NCBI RefSeq assembly: GCF_004010195.1
Contig: NC_057759.1
Coordinates: 6,923,853-6,987,852, forward strand
DNA length: 64,000 nucleotides
Direction of reading: 5' to 3'
Source of the DNA: Chiloscyllium plagiosum
Taxonomy: Eukaryota
The translations under genes were made by a program, and so were the position numbers. Positions 37,663 through 49,279 of the stretch are shown piece by piece. How positions within the stretch are numbered: position 1 is the stretch's first letter; each line of letters opens with the position of its first letter. The notes under the pieces were generated by a model. The model was not told the origin of the DNA and did no database searches. It saw only the letters and a list, made by a program, of their open reading frames with translations.

Positions 37663-37879
37663 GTTTCTTTAATCTTGAGGAACCAGTTGGACAACAGGCT
37701 AATCTCAATGGGATACTTTGCAAGGAGAAATTATGCATTAACAGTCTTTTAGAAAGTGTAACTATAATGTGACAGCATTTTTCATGAAGTCGAAGAGCCA
37801 AGTAGTTGAACCAGAAGCGAGGATCCGGAATTTACATTAAGAAATCTATGATGTGATAGGCACGAATTAGCAGGGATGG

Positions 37880-38340
37880 ATTATGGAGTCAGGAGTGTGG
37901 TGCTGGAAAAGCACAGCAGGACAGGCAGCATCGAAGGAGCAGGGAATTTGACTCTTCTGTAAAAAGCGTATCATCAGGAATGAGGCTGGGGGGAAGGTAA
38001 CTAAGACCTCAATAGGTAATGGAGATGGTAGTGAAGATGATAATTTGGAGGGGAGGGTGGTGCAGATAGGTGGGAAGGCAGATGCACAGATGGGACAGGT
38101 CATGAGCACTGTGCTGAGTTGGAAGGTTGGAGCTGGGCAATGGTGGGGGAGGGGAAATGAAGAAACTAATGAAATTCAATTGATGCCATGTCATTGGAGG
38201 GTCCTGAGGTGGAAGATGAGGCATTCGTCCTCCAGGCGTCGGGAGGAAAGGGAGTGGCGACGGAGGAGGCACAGGACCTGCATGTCCTCTGCAGAGTGAG
38301 AAGGAGAGTTGAAAGTGTTTGGCGACAGGTTGGTTGTGGG
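37880..38340 (-). mobile_element. Penelope-like element 3' fragment with a degenerate hammerhead (~37944-37981)
   Basis: Reverse strand 'attcctgatga...gaagagtcaaattcc' followed by the 'gatgctgcctgtcctgctgtgcttttccagca' tail. Confidence 0.7.
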
Positions 38341-38659
38341 GGTGTCACAGAGATCTTCTCATTTTTGGAGCCAGACCGAAGCGGTTGACTGTCGACAGGG
38401 AATCTTTAAAGATTGTACGCATACAGGCCAGCAGACCATTGTAGTTTCCACTAGTTTGCGGACTCAAGATAGCACATGATGCCGACTCAGCCTGAATCTG
38501 ATAAGAGAACTCATGGCTGGCATTCAGAAGGTTGTGGATCTTGGAAATTCCACCAACAGCTGGTTTCGAACAATTAAATTGTTTAAAACTCCGACAGAGT
38601 AAGGGTACAACGTCAGTTCAGGTCTCTTATATGTAGCAGCTCATTGTACTAAAAGGTTC

Positions 38660-38830
38660 AGGAGAAAGTGAGGACTGCAGATGCTGGAGATCAGAGCTGA
38701 AAATGTGTTGCTGGAAAAGTGCAGCAGGTCAGGCAGCATCCAAAGAACAGGAGAATCTGAAAAGTCGATTCTCCTGTTCCTTGGATGGTGCCTGACCTGC
38801 TGCGCTTTTCCAGCAACACAGTTTCAGCTC
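38660..38830. mobile_element. Fold-back (palindromic) Penelope pLTR mini-element with TSD
   Basis: 64-bp inverted arms 38694-38757 / 38767-38830 with a 9-nt loop; AAAAGGTTCAGG at 38651-38662 and 38832-38843. Confidence 0.85.
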
Positions 38831-38984
38831 AAAAAGGTTCAGGCCAAGCTTGATCGTGAAATTGTTTGAGAAAGATCCAGCTTGATTGGCTCAACATTCT
38901 TCAATTAGAAAAATGGCTGCCTGAGTAATGTTCTAATTAAATACTGGCAATGCTTTCAGGTAGCTTATATAATTGAATCCCTGC

Positions 38985-39270
38985 CATATGGAAATGTAGC
39001 ATTCGGCCTATCGAGTCACACCGACCGTCCGAAGAGAATCGCGCCCACAGCCATCCTGTAACCCTGCAATTCCCATGGCCAACCCAACTACTGGGCAATT
39101 TAGCGTTGCCAATCAACCTAACCTTTACATCTTTGGACTGTGGGAGAGAACCGGAGGACCAGAAGAAAACCCATGCAAGCGTGGGAAGAATATGTAAACT
39201 CCAGGCACACAGTTGTCTAAAATTGTAATAAAACCTGATCTCTGGTGCTGTGATTCACCGTGCTGCCCAG
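38985..39270 (-). mobile_element. HE1-type SINE
   Basis: 'acatctttggactgtgggagagaaccggag' core and '...ccgtgctgccc' head on the reverse strand. Confidence 0.8.
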
Positions 39271-39279
39271 GCTGTAGAG

Positions 39280-40690
39280 AATATCAAAGGGACCAAGAAA
39301 CAATTCAATGATGCTGAATGCCCCATCCAGTGCCTTAGTTTTACGTGTAAAAGTAGAAGCAGATATTAGGAGGCTGTAATGCGAAGAAATCATCAAACCA
39401 GTCCAGTTTGCAGAATGGGCGTGATTGGTCATACTAGTCATGAGTCACAACGGTTCAGTTTTCAAACAATGAGCTGATTTTCAGAGTTGGATAAAAACTC
39501 AATCCCTCAAATAGAGCACTTATATGCAAAATTGATGGGGTGTTGTACTTCACAAAGCTGAAAGGAAACTTGCATGAAATGCAACTGGATAAAGATGCCC
39601 ACAAGTATGCGAAAATGACTATCCACACGGGTTTGTATTCATATATGAGACAGCTTTTTGAGGTATCATCTGAGACTGCTGCTTATACCTGCCAGAGCTC
39701 CCTGATTGGCCCAATTTAAAGGCATCGACATGGGATCTCATACTCAATGAGATCCACCTGACCCTTGTTCCAATCACTACAATTTCCTAAAATCGAATTT
39801 GATTGGCATGTGAGAATAGTTTCATACCAAGCATCATCCAATAGTCTGTCAGAAAGAACCATCCAAACTTTGAAGGCAGGCTTAAAGAAACAGCCGAAAG
39901 CTGTATTTGGTAACCATCTGTCCCAGTTCCTGTTCGATTATAGGACCAAACCGTATGAAGTAACAGGAACAGCTCTTGCAGAGTTGCTAATGGGGAAAAA
40001 AAATCCACAGCAGGTTAAGCCTCATCTTCCTGGACCAGAGGGAGCGAATGAAACGGCTTCAGGAACTCCGGTGCTGGACACATGACTCCTCTAAGCGAGA
40101 GAGAGAGTTTACTTCAGAGGGTGAAACTTGGTGTTGAAACCAGGGGAAGGGCTCTACATGGGTAAGAGGCGTGATCCTGTGACGTACAAATTTTGGGTAG
40201 GAGATGCAATTCTGAAAAGCACAGTGACCACAGGAAAGCAGCAACCTCACAAATGGGCCAGGAGAAAACTTACCCCACACCCTTAGACTATCTATCAAGG
40301 CTGTCAGTAGCCGTGAATTCTCCCCCTCTGCCTATCCTCGCAGAAATCTCTCAGGATGAGATGAAGACGGCACATGATGCAGCCTCAACGCTGCTACCAC
40401 CCTAGAAAGATGATAAATTTCTTCCAAGACACTCCGGGTGAAAGAGGCTGGCTATGGTCTGGTATCGAAGTCAGAGTCAGAGGGAGAAGCAACAGGAAAA
40501 CGCCCGAGGAGAAGCAACAGGAAAAATAACAGGCCTATGTCCCAGGACTGAGGGAAGGTGGGACACAGTGTTTGGAATGCGGTCAGCCAGGTGGACCTGA
40601 CTGAATATAAACTCCCTGATTGGGACTGTTGACCTGGTCCGATCAGGGCGTCCTGGCTGACAGAGGGGCAGAGGTTCTATTCATTCTCGG
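39280..40690 (+). mobile_element. Decayed, internally deleted Gypsy/Ty3 LTR retrotransposon (RT start, integrase end, PPT and 3' LTR)
   Basis: 'IIKPVQFAEWA' (RT N-terminus) near 39390; ORF 39765-40085 'SSNSLSERTIQTLK...FLFDYRTKP...AELLMG' (integrase); purine tract near 40547-40563 followed by LTR-like sequence. Confidence 0.8.
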
Positions 40691-41989
40691 CTCTGGGGAC
40701 TTGAATAGCAACCTCATAGAGTTATTTCACTCGCTTTCCGACATTCAAGCACCCGAATCCATCTGCACTGAATCACTCTGAAATTTCTCTTCATTGAGAT
40801 AATAAGTTGCCTTCCTATTCTTAGTGGAAGTTTTGTTTCTGCTGTTGAACTCAATTGCCAATATCCATTGAGGGTGTTTCAGTCCAACCAACTGAACAAG
40901 GAACTGCAGTGGACCTGTATTCCTAAATGCCTTCCACTCATACATCAGGCACGATAAGCAGCCAAACCTCCAGTCTGTTATATAACCTGCAAATGAACAC
41001 CCATCAGCGCTCTCCGACACATAATTTCACTTCCTCAATCCCCCTCTCCCACTGTGCTCCACTGAACATGACATTTACAGAATGGGAACTTGTTGCCCTA
41101 CAGCGGCCACTGCTCAAAATGGTGCCAGCACTCGTGCTGTTTGCAGTGGCCCCCAGGGAACGGGGCCTGACTGGAACATTTCTCGGAAACAGTGTCGAAA
41201 CAGCAATTCAGCTATTCTGCCTGTGACTGCAATTCCCTTTTCTCTTTCAGAATCAAACAACAAATGCACTTAACTTTCCGAGAGACTGCCAATGTGAAAA
41301 TCAGCACATTACAAGCAGTCGACTCTGCAAGGATGGAAAGCTGGTGTGCAGTTGCATCAAACAATCAGGAAAGGTCGAAAGATATTCTGTTGCATTATGA
41401 TCGGAATTGAAGTAAGAGTGGGGCGGTTATGCTTCAGTTACACAGGAGACTAATGTTTCTGCACCTGCAGTACTATGCAGAAATGTTCACCGTCCTTATA
41501 ATGGATGCAGGAGATGGGTCACACACAACACCTGTTATTTCTGTGCTTGTAACCTGTTAAGTTACCTCTGTTCTATCTCTGTTCACAAATGCTACCAGGC
41601 CTGCTGAGTTTCTCCATTACTTTCTGTGTTTATAAACTGTAACATTAACTCTCTATCCACAGATGTTGCCAGACCTGTTGAGTTTTTCCAGCACTTTCTG
41701 TGTTTGTTTCAGATCTCCAGCATCCCACAGTTTTTGTGTAAATGAATACTGCAACTCAGATCATAGCATTCCTGATGCTGTACCGGACCAGTTGTAATTA
41801 AAAGTACTGAGTGCTGTAAAATAAAATGAGATGGGTCAGTAGCACCAGTATACAGGTGGAAATTTCAGATTAAAACTTTTAGACTGTGCCCAAAAGTTGT
41901 TACATGAAAATTTGTGCTGTCACAATGTTATCTCCTGAATCGCAAGTGTGAGCACAAGCGATACAATTAACAGAAACAGAAGTGAGAGA

Positions 41990-43800
41990 GAGAAAAAGAA
42001 AACAGAGTTAACGTTACAGATCATAAATGCAGAAAATGCTGGGGAAACGAGGGAGATAGGAGACACAGTAGGAAAAAGGAGGGAACGTATTTGGAGGCAG
42101 AATGGCTGGACGAGATCCGAAATGAGCATTGGCATTCACTAAGGACAACGGATATGGAGGAGATAGTGAGATTTGCGTGGACCATACTAAAATGCTCCGA
42201 TCAATAAAGAAGTTACGTGTTTCTTGAAGAGCATTCCGGTGGATAAATCCTAAGGGCCCTTTAATACCTACCCCAAAGTCCGATGGCATCTAACCTAGAT
42301 TATTGAGAGAGGCAAGACAGGGAATTTTCTGGGGCCTTGACTAAGATCTTTGCATCCTCGCTCGTCAACGGAGAGGTCCTGGAGAACTGGCAAGTAGCTA
42401 ATGTTGTTCCTTTGTTCAAGAAAGAAAGTAGGGATAATGCCGGAAACTATAGATAAGTAAAACTCACATCAGTGGTTTGGAAGATACTGGAGAGAGTTCC
42501 AAGCGATAGCATGCGTGCATATTTGGAAAAGCATAGCCTAATCAGGGTCAGTCAGTATAGTTTTGTGCGGGCCATCTCATGTCTTACTAACGTGATTGAA
42601 TTTTTCAAGAAGGTGACAAAGGTGATAGATGAGGTTTGACCTGTGGATGTTATTTACATAAGTTTTAGTAAGGCTTCCAGCAAAGTCGCTTTTGGTTGGC
42701 TCATCCAGAAGATTAAGATTCATGGGATCCATAGTGACTAGTTTGCGTGTATTCAGAATTGGCTTGCCCAAAGAAAACAGAGGGTAGTTGTGGTAGGGTG
42801 TTTTCAGGCTGGAGGTCCGTGACTAGTGGTGTTACATAGGGATCTGTATTAGGATCTCTGGTGTTTTGATTACATAAATGATTTGAATTGAAGTGTAGAT
42901 GGATGGGTCAGTAAATTTGCAGATGATACAAAGATTGGTGGAGTTATGGATAGTGTAGAAGGCTGTCATAGGATACAGCGGGATACAGATCAGTTGCAGA
43001 TGTTGGCAGAGAAACGGCAGATGGAGTGTAATCCATGTAAATGTGAGGTGCTACACTTTGGGAGACCAAATGTGAAGGAAAATCATTCACCACTGAGGTA
43101 CAGAGAGATCTTGCATTTCAAGTCTGTGGCTCGCTAAAAGTAGCCTTGCAAGTAGATAGGGTGTAAAGAAGGCGTTGTCATGCTTTCCTTTATTGAATGG
43201 GTAATTGAGTACAAGAGTCAGCGTGTAACGTTGCAGCTTCATAAGACAGTGGTTCGGCCTTACTTAGAGTATTGTGTTTATTTATATTCGCAAAGTTGCA
43301 GGAAAGATGTGGAGGATTTAGAAGAATACAGAAGAAGGTCACCAGGATGCTGCCTGGATTTGAAGGAATGAAATATAATGAGAGGCTAGAAAAACTTGGA
43401 TTGTTTCCGCTTGAGCAGTAGAGGCTAAGGAAAAGCTTTTTTGAAACATATAAAATTATGCATTGCATAGATAGGGTTGACGGTCAGAATCTTTTTACCC
43501 AGAGTTAAGATTTGTGATGCTGGGGGCATAATTGAAAGTGAAGGGGGGACGTTAAAAGGAGATGTGAGGGGCAAGTTGTTTTTACAAAAAGAGCGATAGG
43601 AGTCTGGAACGCACTGCCAGAGATGGAGGTTGAGGCAGGCATAATAAGGGCATTTAAGGGAATTTTTAGATAAGCATTTGAGAATTCAAGGAATGGAGTC
43701 ACACGGACCAAGAGCAAGCTGGAGGGATCAGTTTCATTTGTTGTTCAGTTTGTCATAACATCGGGGGGCAGAAAGGCCTGTAGCAGTGCTGTGTTCATTT
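41990..43800 (+). mobile_element. CR1-clade LINE, long decayed ORF2 with 3' UTR
   Basis: 'gtaaatttgcagatgatacaaag' (KFADDTK); ORFs 42946-43137 and 43180-43371 'LQLHKTVVRPYLEYC'. Confidence 0.9.
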
Positions 43801-43859
43801 TTGTTATCCGCTTTTGGTTATAAACGATGAACGTGCCAGAGAAACTCAGTGTGAAACAG

Positions 43860-43897
43860 AGTTAACATTTCGAGTCCAGTGACCCTTCTTCAGAACT
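43860..43897 (-). ncRNA. Minimal type-I hammerhead ribozyme motif in a Penelope pLTR remnant
   Basis: Reverse strand AGTT-CTGAAGA-A-GGGTC-ACTG-GACTC-GAAAT-GTT/-AACT; stems I and II intact; stem III has ATGT for ACGT (likely CpG decay). Confidence 0.65.
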
Positions 43898-44450
43898 GAA
43901 TGGTATGGGGAAAATGGTGTTTGTAATACTCTCAATAGAGGAAGTGAGAATGGAAAAGGTGTCTGCTGTTGCAAAGGACAAAGGGGTTGTTAATTCTGGT
44001 GAAAGGGGAAAAGAAATATAAATTGGATGGATATTAAGGTGGGGGACTGGAGAGTCTCTCTGTAATGGTAGGCTGTACGACTTTTTTTGCTTTCACTTTC
44101 TCCAGCGATTTATGTTTTAATCATGGATGATACTGTTTTAATGACAGAAAGAGACATGACAATATATCATCTCCATGCCAGCTGCAGAGGTATATTCAGT
44201 CCCGGTCCTTGCTGTTAAACTCAGACAAAGCTCATTCCAATGACCAAAGGAACGGGCTCAAGATTCTTTAGTACTGTGCCACAACCTGCTTTAAAATTCC
44301 TAGTGACCAGGTAAGAGTCCGATACTGGACAGCTACATGGACTGGAATCGTAGAGTTTGACAGCATGGAAACAGCTCCTTTGTCCCAACTCATCCATCCA
44401 GCCATATTTCCCAAACTGAACGAGGTTCATTTGCCTGCATTTGGTGTATA

Positions 44451-44790
44451 TCGTTTCTCTCTCTACACAGATGCTGTCAGACCTGATGTGTTTCTTCAGG
44501 AGTCCCTGTGTCTACAACCTGTAACACTAACTCTGTTGCTCTCTCTCTCACTCTCTCTCTGCACAGACGCAATCAGACCTGCTGAGATTCTCCAGGACTT
44601 CCTGTGTTCATATTTCTAACGTTAATTCTGTTTCTCCCTCTCTCTCTCCGCACAGCTGCTGCCAGACCTGCTGAGTTTCTACAGGACTTCCTGTGTTTAT
44701 AACTTAACGTTAACTCTGTTCCTGTCTGTCTCCGGACAGATGATACCAGACCTGCTGATTTTCTCCAGCAATTCTTATTTTACCTTTCTT
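44451..44790 (+). repeat. Tandem array of four ~70-95 bp Penelope pLTR-tail units (similar 2-3 units at ~41530-41740)
   Basis: Unit 'taacgttaactctgtt(tc)n..cacagatgctgccagacctgctgagtttctccaggacttcctgtgttt'. Confidence 0.85.
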
Positions 44791-45492
44791 TCCAGAGCAG
44801 TGCTGTCCCAAAATCATTGCTAAGAAGTACAGGTTGGCCTTGGAGGGAGTACAACATAGGTTGGCAAGAATGGGACCTGGACTTCAGGTTGATTTGGGCG
44901 TTAAATTCTGAGGAGATATTACACAAATAGGTTTGGTTTATCCAGAATCTCGACGGTGCAGGGTTGATCTGATCGAAGATATTGACAGGAAAAGAAAGGG
45001 TGGATAAGGAGAAGCTATTTCCACTTTTTGGGGACGTGGAAAGGGTATAGTGTGAGACTTATGACTGGACCATTGAGGAGAGATGTTAGGAAACACTTAC
45101 ACACCACAATGGCTGGGAGAGATTTGTAACTCTCTTCCATAAAAGGAATGGATCCTGGACCAGTTCTGAATTTTCAATCCGAGATTGATCAATGTTTGTT
45201 TAACAACGATATGAAGGCGATAGGGGCCAAAGGCAGTTATGTGGAAATAGGCGACAGAACAGCCATTGAATGGCAAAACAGGCTAGAGGGGCTGAATTGC
45301 CTACTACTGTTTGTGTGAAAGGAACTGATTACTTGGAAATGCAAGCACAGTATGGAGCGAGCAACCACCTTTTGCTGTTTCTAATCTTACTGACTTCTGT
45401 TACAGGTAAATGTGAGAGAGCAAAGGCATTGATGTAGCAGGCACGAGGTCACACTGACTTGGAAACTGCTGTGCTACCAAACCGCGTCGGAA

Positions 45493-45523
45493 ATGTCGCA
45501 GATCTCCGTGCTTCTCATCCTCT
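45493..45523 (+). CDS. FCRL-like receptor, leader exon S1 coding part (MSQISVLLIL + 1 nt); exon probably starts at 45406
   Basis: ggaaATG start with a purine at -3, hydrophobic codons, 31 coding nt then a GTAAGT donor (phase 1); acceptor 'ctaatcttactgacttctgttacag' ends at 45405. Confidence 0.75.
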
Positions 45524-47092
45524 GTAAGTGTGTGTGACCGAGGAAACTTTTCCTGACAAACCTGTTTTGTTCTCCGATCACACGTGGTTACATTCTGCAG
45601 CATATTACCATGCACTTCCTTCTCAGTTCGTGGAAAGCAGGAGTTGATTACTGTGGCCAGCAAAAAAAACCAACTTTGCAGAAATCAGTAATGAAAGGAG
45701 TTGGGATCTTGGATGGTAGCATTTCCCGAGAGACAGAGAAAGAGAGAGAGAGAGATGGGGTGGGGGGTGGGGGGGTGGGAGGGGAGAAGAATGAACATTT
45801 CAGGTTATTATGATTTGTGAAATAATATTCAATCTGCTCTGAAATGGATACAACTTACACACACATGTGCACTATTCTCAGAAAATGTCAGGAGAATTTC
45901 AGAATCTCGCAAAGGGATGTATAATCTTCAATAATGTAGAGCCGATATATCTCACTGAGCAGTGAATGGAAATGCCATTTATTTTCCTCAACAATAGGAC
46001 ATTTAGCAGTCTGTTGCCTTGAGAGCTGGAGCGTTTCAGTGATGGTGAGAGATTAGATATAGTTGGGTTGTTTTCATTAGAGCAGAGGAGATTGAGAAGT
46101 GGGTTCGGGTTGGGGTGGGACATGATGTATAAATGATTAGGGGGATAGAGAGGGTAGACAGGTAAAAAGCCTTTCCCATTGATGGTGGGATCAGAACGGC
46201 TATGGGGTTCAGACGGAATGAATAGATTGAAGTTAAGGGGCAGGAGGTTTAGATGTGATCTGAGGCAAAGATGAGGGTGGTGGGGAATCTGGAATTCACT
46301 GCCTGTAAGGGAGCTTCGATGTGCACTTAGCGAAACTGAATCTATGTGCCAAGTGCTGGGAAAATGTGATTCGAGGAAAAGTCAGGTAATTGCTTTTGAC
46401 CGCACAGATTTGATGGGCTGAAAGATATTTTCTGCACTGTGGACCTCTCTGACTCTGAACCTAGATTGAAGATGGTCCTCTTGTGAAATAACTTTAAACA
46501 CAACGGAGTTTGTGTAAGCTCCTCGAAACTGTTCAGAGATGTTCTGAAAACAACCCTGCTGTCATTGTCGCCCCTTGTCTCTAAGCTAGAAGCTTTAGTG
46601 TTGAGGTTATTGATGGATCTTGACTGACTTTAGGTGTTTCTAAGAATTCTTCCAAGGCAATAAACGCAAAATCAGTGAACTGGATTTCTTTTGCAGTAAT
46701 CTTCCCAAACATAATTTATTTTTCAAATCTTAAAATTATGGGGACATTTAGTCTTTTCAGATAAATGACATAGGAATCTGAGCGCAGAGAAAACAGGAGG
46801 CGAAAATGAGTGGACAAGAAATACACAGAAAGGTACAAAGCAAAATTTGCTCTGTGTGAGATAAGGGCGAGAAAACAATAGGGTCGTCATGCAGTTCATA
46901 TCAATTCATATTTCTGCCTCCACATCAATAAGACTGAACAGTCAACAGTTTCCATTGAGTTACAGACAGGATATGTGCTATTTCTCTGTTGCTGCTCCAC
47001 TTACATTGCTTTGACATTGTCTTTACTTTGCTATTTCCAGGACACTGACAGACATAATGACATTTGCATTTCAATTCCCTTCTGTTTTCTAG

Positions 47093-47122
47093 TGAACGTT
47101 GCTCTCCGTGGGAAGACTCTAG
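47093..47122 (+). CDS. FCRL-like receptor, 30-nt leader mini-exon S2 ((L)NVALRGKTL(G))
   Basis: Acceptor 'ttcccttctgttttctag', donor 'TAG|gtagga'; phase 1-1 and joins S1 to Ig domain 1 in frame: MSQISVLLILLNVALRGKTLGFGSP... Confidence 0.75.
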
Positions 47123-47400
47123 GTAGGAGTCAACTACAAATTTCTTGAATAATCGTTTGGGAACCTGAAGTCGTGCTGTGCATATCTTTTGAGCGACCTT
47201 TCCCTAACATGCAACAATTGGGACATTATCCCTGTCTTCCTCGATTGGAGTTGTAATCATTTTGGCAGGGTGAACAGAAGATTAGTGCATTATTTACATG
47301 GTGATAAATGGTGATAAACTGCAGAGAGCTGCAACACAAAAGGGATTTGGTTGGGAGTGGACGGTGTTTGAACGATCTTGTGCATGAATCACAGAAAGCT

Positions 47401-47796
47401 GTTCTTATGTCGCCATAGCCTTACCAAATCATAGGGACCTATATTCCAGAACAACAAATTGGAATATGGATGGTACTGTCTCTTTTTGTTTTGATGGACG
47501 TCAGGGTTAAACGGTTCCTTGTACAGATCAGAACTAACTATGATAAGTATTTTTACAAATATAAATGGGCGTTAACTTAATTTCTGGGCTTAACTTCCAT
47601 AATAAGAGATAGAACAATCATTAGAGAGGATCTATTGGTGGCGATTTAACCTGAGGGTTACCAGACCTCAAACGAGGGAAGAGTTTGAGAAGGAAACTCC
47701 TTCATGGTAACCTCGAAATGAGAATTGAACCCACGTTGTTGGCATTACACTGTTCTGTAGACCAACAAACTAGCCAACTAAGATAAATCGATTCCT
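47401..47796 (-). mobile_element. tRNA-derived SINE (not HE1) inserted in a CR1, with a 10-bp TSD
   Basis: ACAGAAAGCT at 47391-47400 and 47797-47806; reverse-strand B box 'gggttcaattctc'; related fragment at ~15035-15145. Confidence 0.7.
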
Positions 47797-49279
47797 ACAG
47801 AAAGCTCGTTAATCAGGATGGGAGAAGGAAATGTTGATCCTTATTTAAAGGGAGTATGAGTATAAGAATAGGGAAGTCTTTCTGAAACTGTCCAAAGGGC
47901 TGTGGAGACCAGACCTGGAGCATTGTGAGCAGTTTTGCTTCCCTTATTTGCCGATAGAGAGAGTTTCATGAGAGGCAGTTCAGAGAAGGTTCACTGGGAT
48001 GATCTCTAGCATGCAGGGCTTCGCTTATGGACAAAGGGTAAACAGAGTGGACTCTACTCACAGGAGTTTGGAGGAATGTGAGGTGATCGCACTGAAACAT
48101 ACAGAGGATCAATGCTGAGAGGATTTCCCCCTTCATGGGACTGTCTGGGAGTAGAGGACATGGTCTCAGAATAAATGGGCACCAGTTGAAGGCTGACATG
48201 GGGAGGAATTTCTTCTCCCAGAAGGTTGTGAGTCCTTCGAATTCCTCGTCACGGAGAGCTGTGGGGGAGGGGTGAAGAAGGTGGTGGTGGCAGAGTCACT
48301 GTATATATGGAAGGCCGAGATAGATTGATAATTGTCATTTGGGGAATGAAGGGAATAGGCAGCAAAGTGAGGGATATTAGAACAGCCACAATCTAATTAG
48401 ATGATGCAGCAGGTTTGAGGGATTGAATGACCTGCTTGTATTCTTATAGTCTTAAATATGAGTAGGAAGGCAGTGTTAATGATTGATGAACTCATAGATA
48501 AGATTGGTCAGACAGTAAATGAAGTTTTTAATGGAATTGGTACAGGGCATTCATTTAAAAAGATTTGGGAAGTTAAACATAAAATGCCATATTACAAATC
48601 CACCAGCAATATTGAAGGTGATGGCCCTGACAGACAATGGCAGTGAGTGTTGACACAATATATTCCAAAACAACAATGTGGAAAATGGACGGTGCTGTCT
48701 CTGTTTTTTGGATAGGACGTGGGTATTAAACAGTTCCTTGTACAGTTTAGAACTTGCTATTGTACGCATTATTATAATTATAAATGGGCATTAACTTCAG
48801 TTCTGGGCTTAACTTCCATAATAAGAGATCAGAACACTTCACAATGTAGCCAACAAGGAGGACAGTGAAGGAGAATAATAGAGGGAAACATGGACAGACT
48901 ATATTGGGCAGGTACACGAGAAGTTAAATTTAATTCGCTCATGAGAACGGATGTTGCTGGTTGGGTCCAGCATTTATTGCCGCCTCCCTGGCTGCTACCT
49001 TGAGAAGGTGGTAGTGAATGCTTTCTTGAATTACTGTAGTCCCAATGGATAGAGCTAAAATGCGCTTGGAGAGGGATTTCCAGGAATTTGTCTGTATTTG
49101 ACACTGAATGTACAGCCAATTTTCCAAGTCGGGATGGTGAATGGCTCGGAAGGGAACCTGCAGGGGATGGTGTCCCCATGTACCTGAATGCAAATGGGGA
49201 TGTGTTTGAGGAGCTAAGATGAATTTCTGCAGTGGTTCTTATAGACCGTAGACACTGCTGCTACTCCTAAAGATCAAGG

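Noticed and set aside
37043..37801. Longest ORFs in the track (178-252 aa)
   Set aside because: Artifacts of the 390-N gap and flanking (TG)n/(AG)n repeats
48458..48646. ORF 'IDELIDKIGQTVNEVFNGIGTG' as a viral envelope remnant
   Set aside because: Only an impression of an amphipathic helix; no diagnostic motif, so not called without a search
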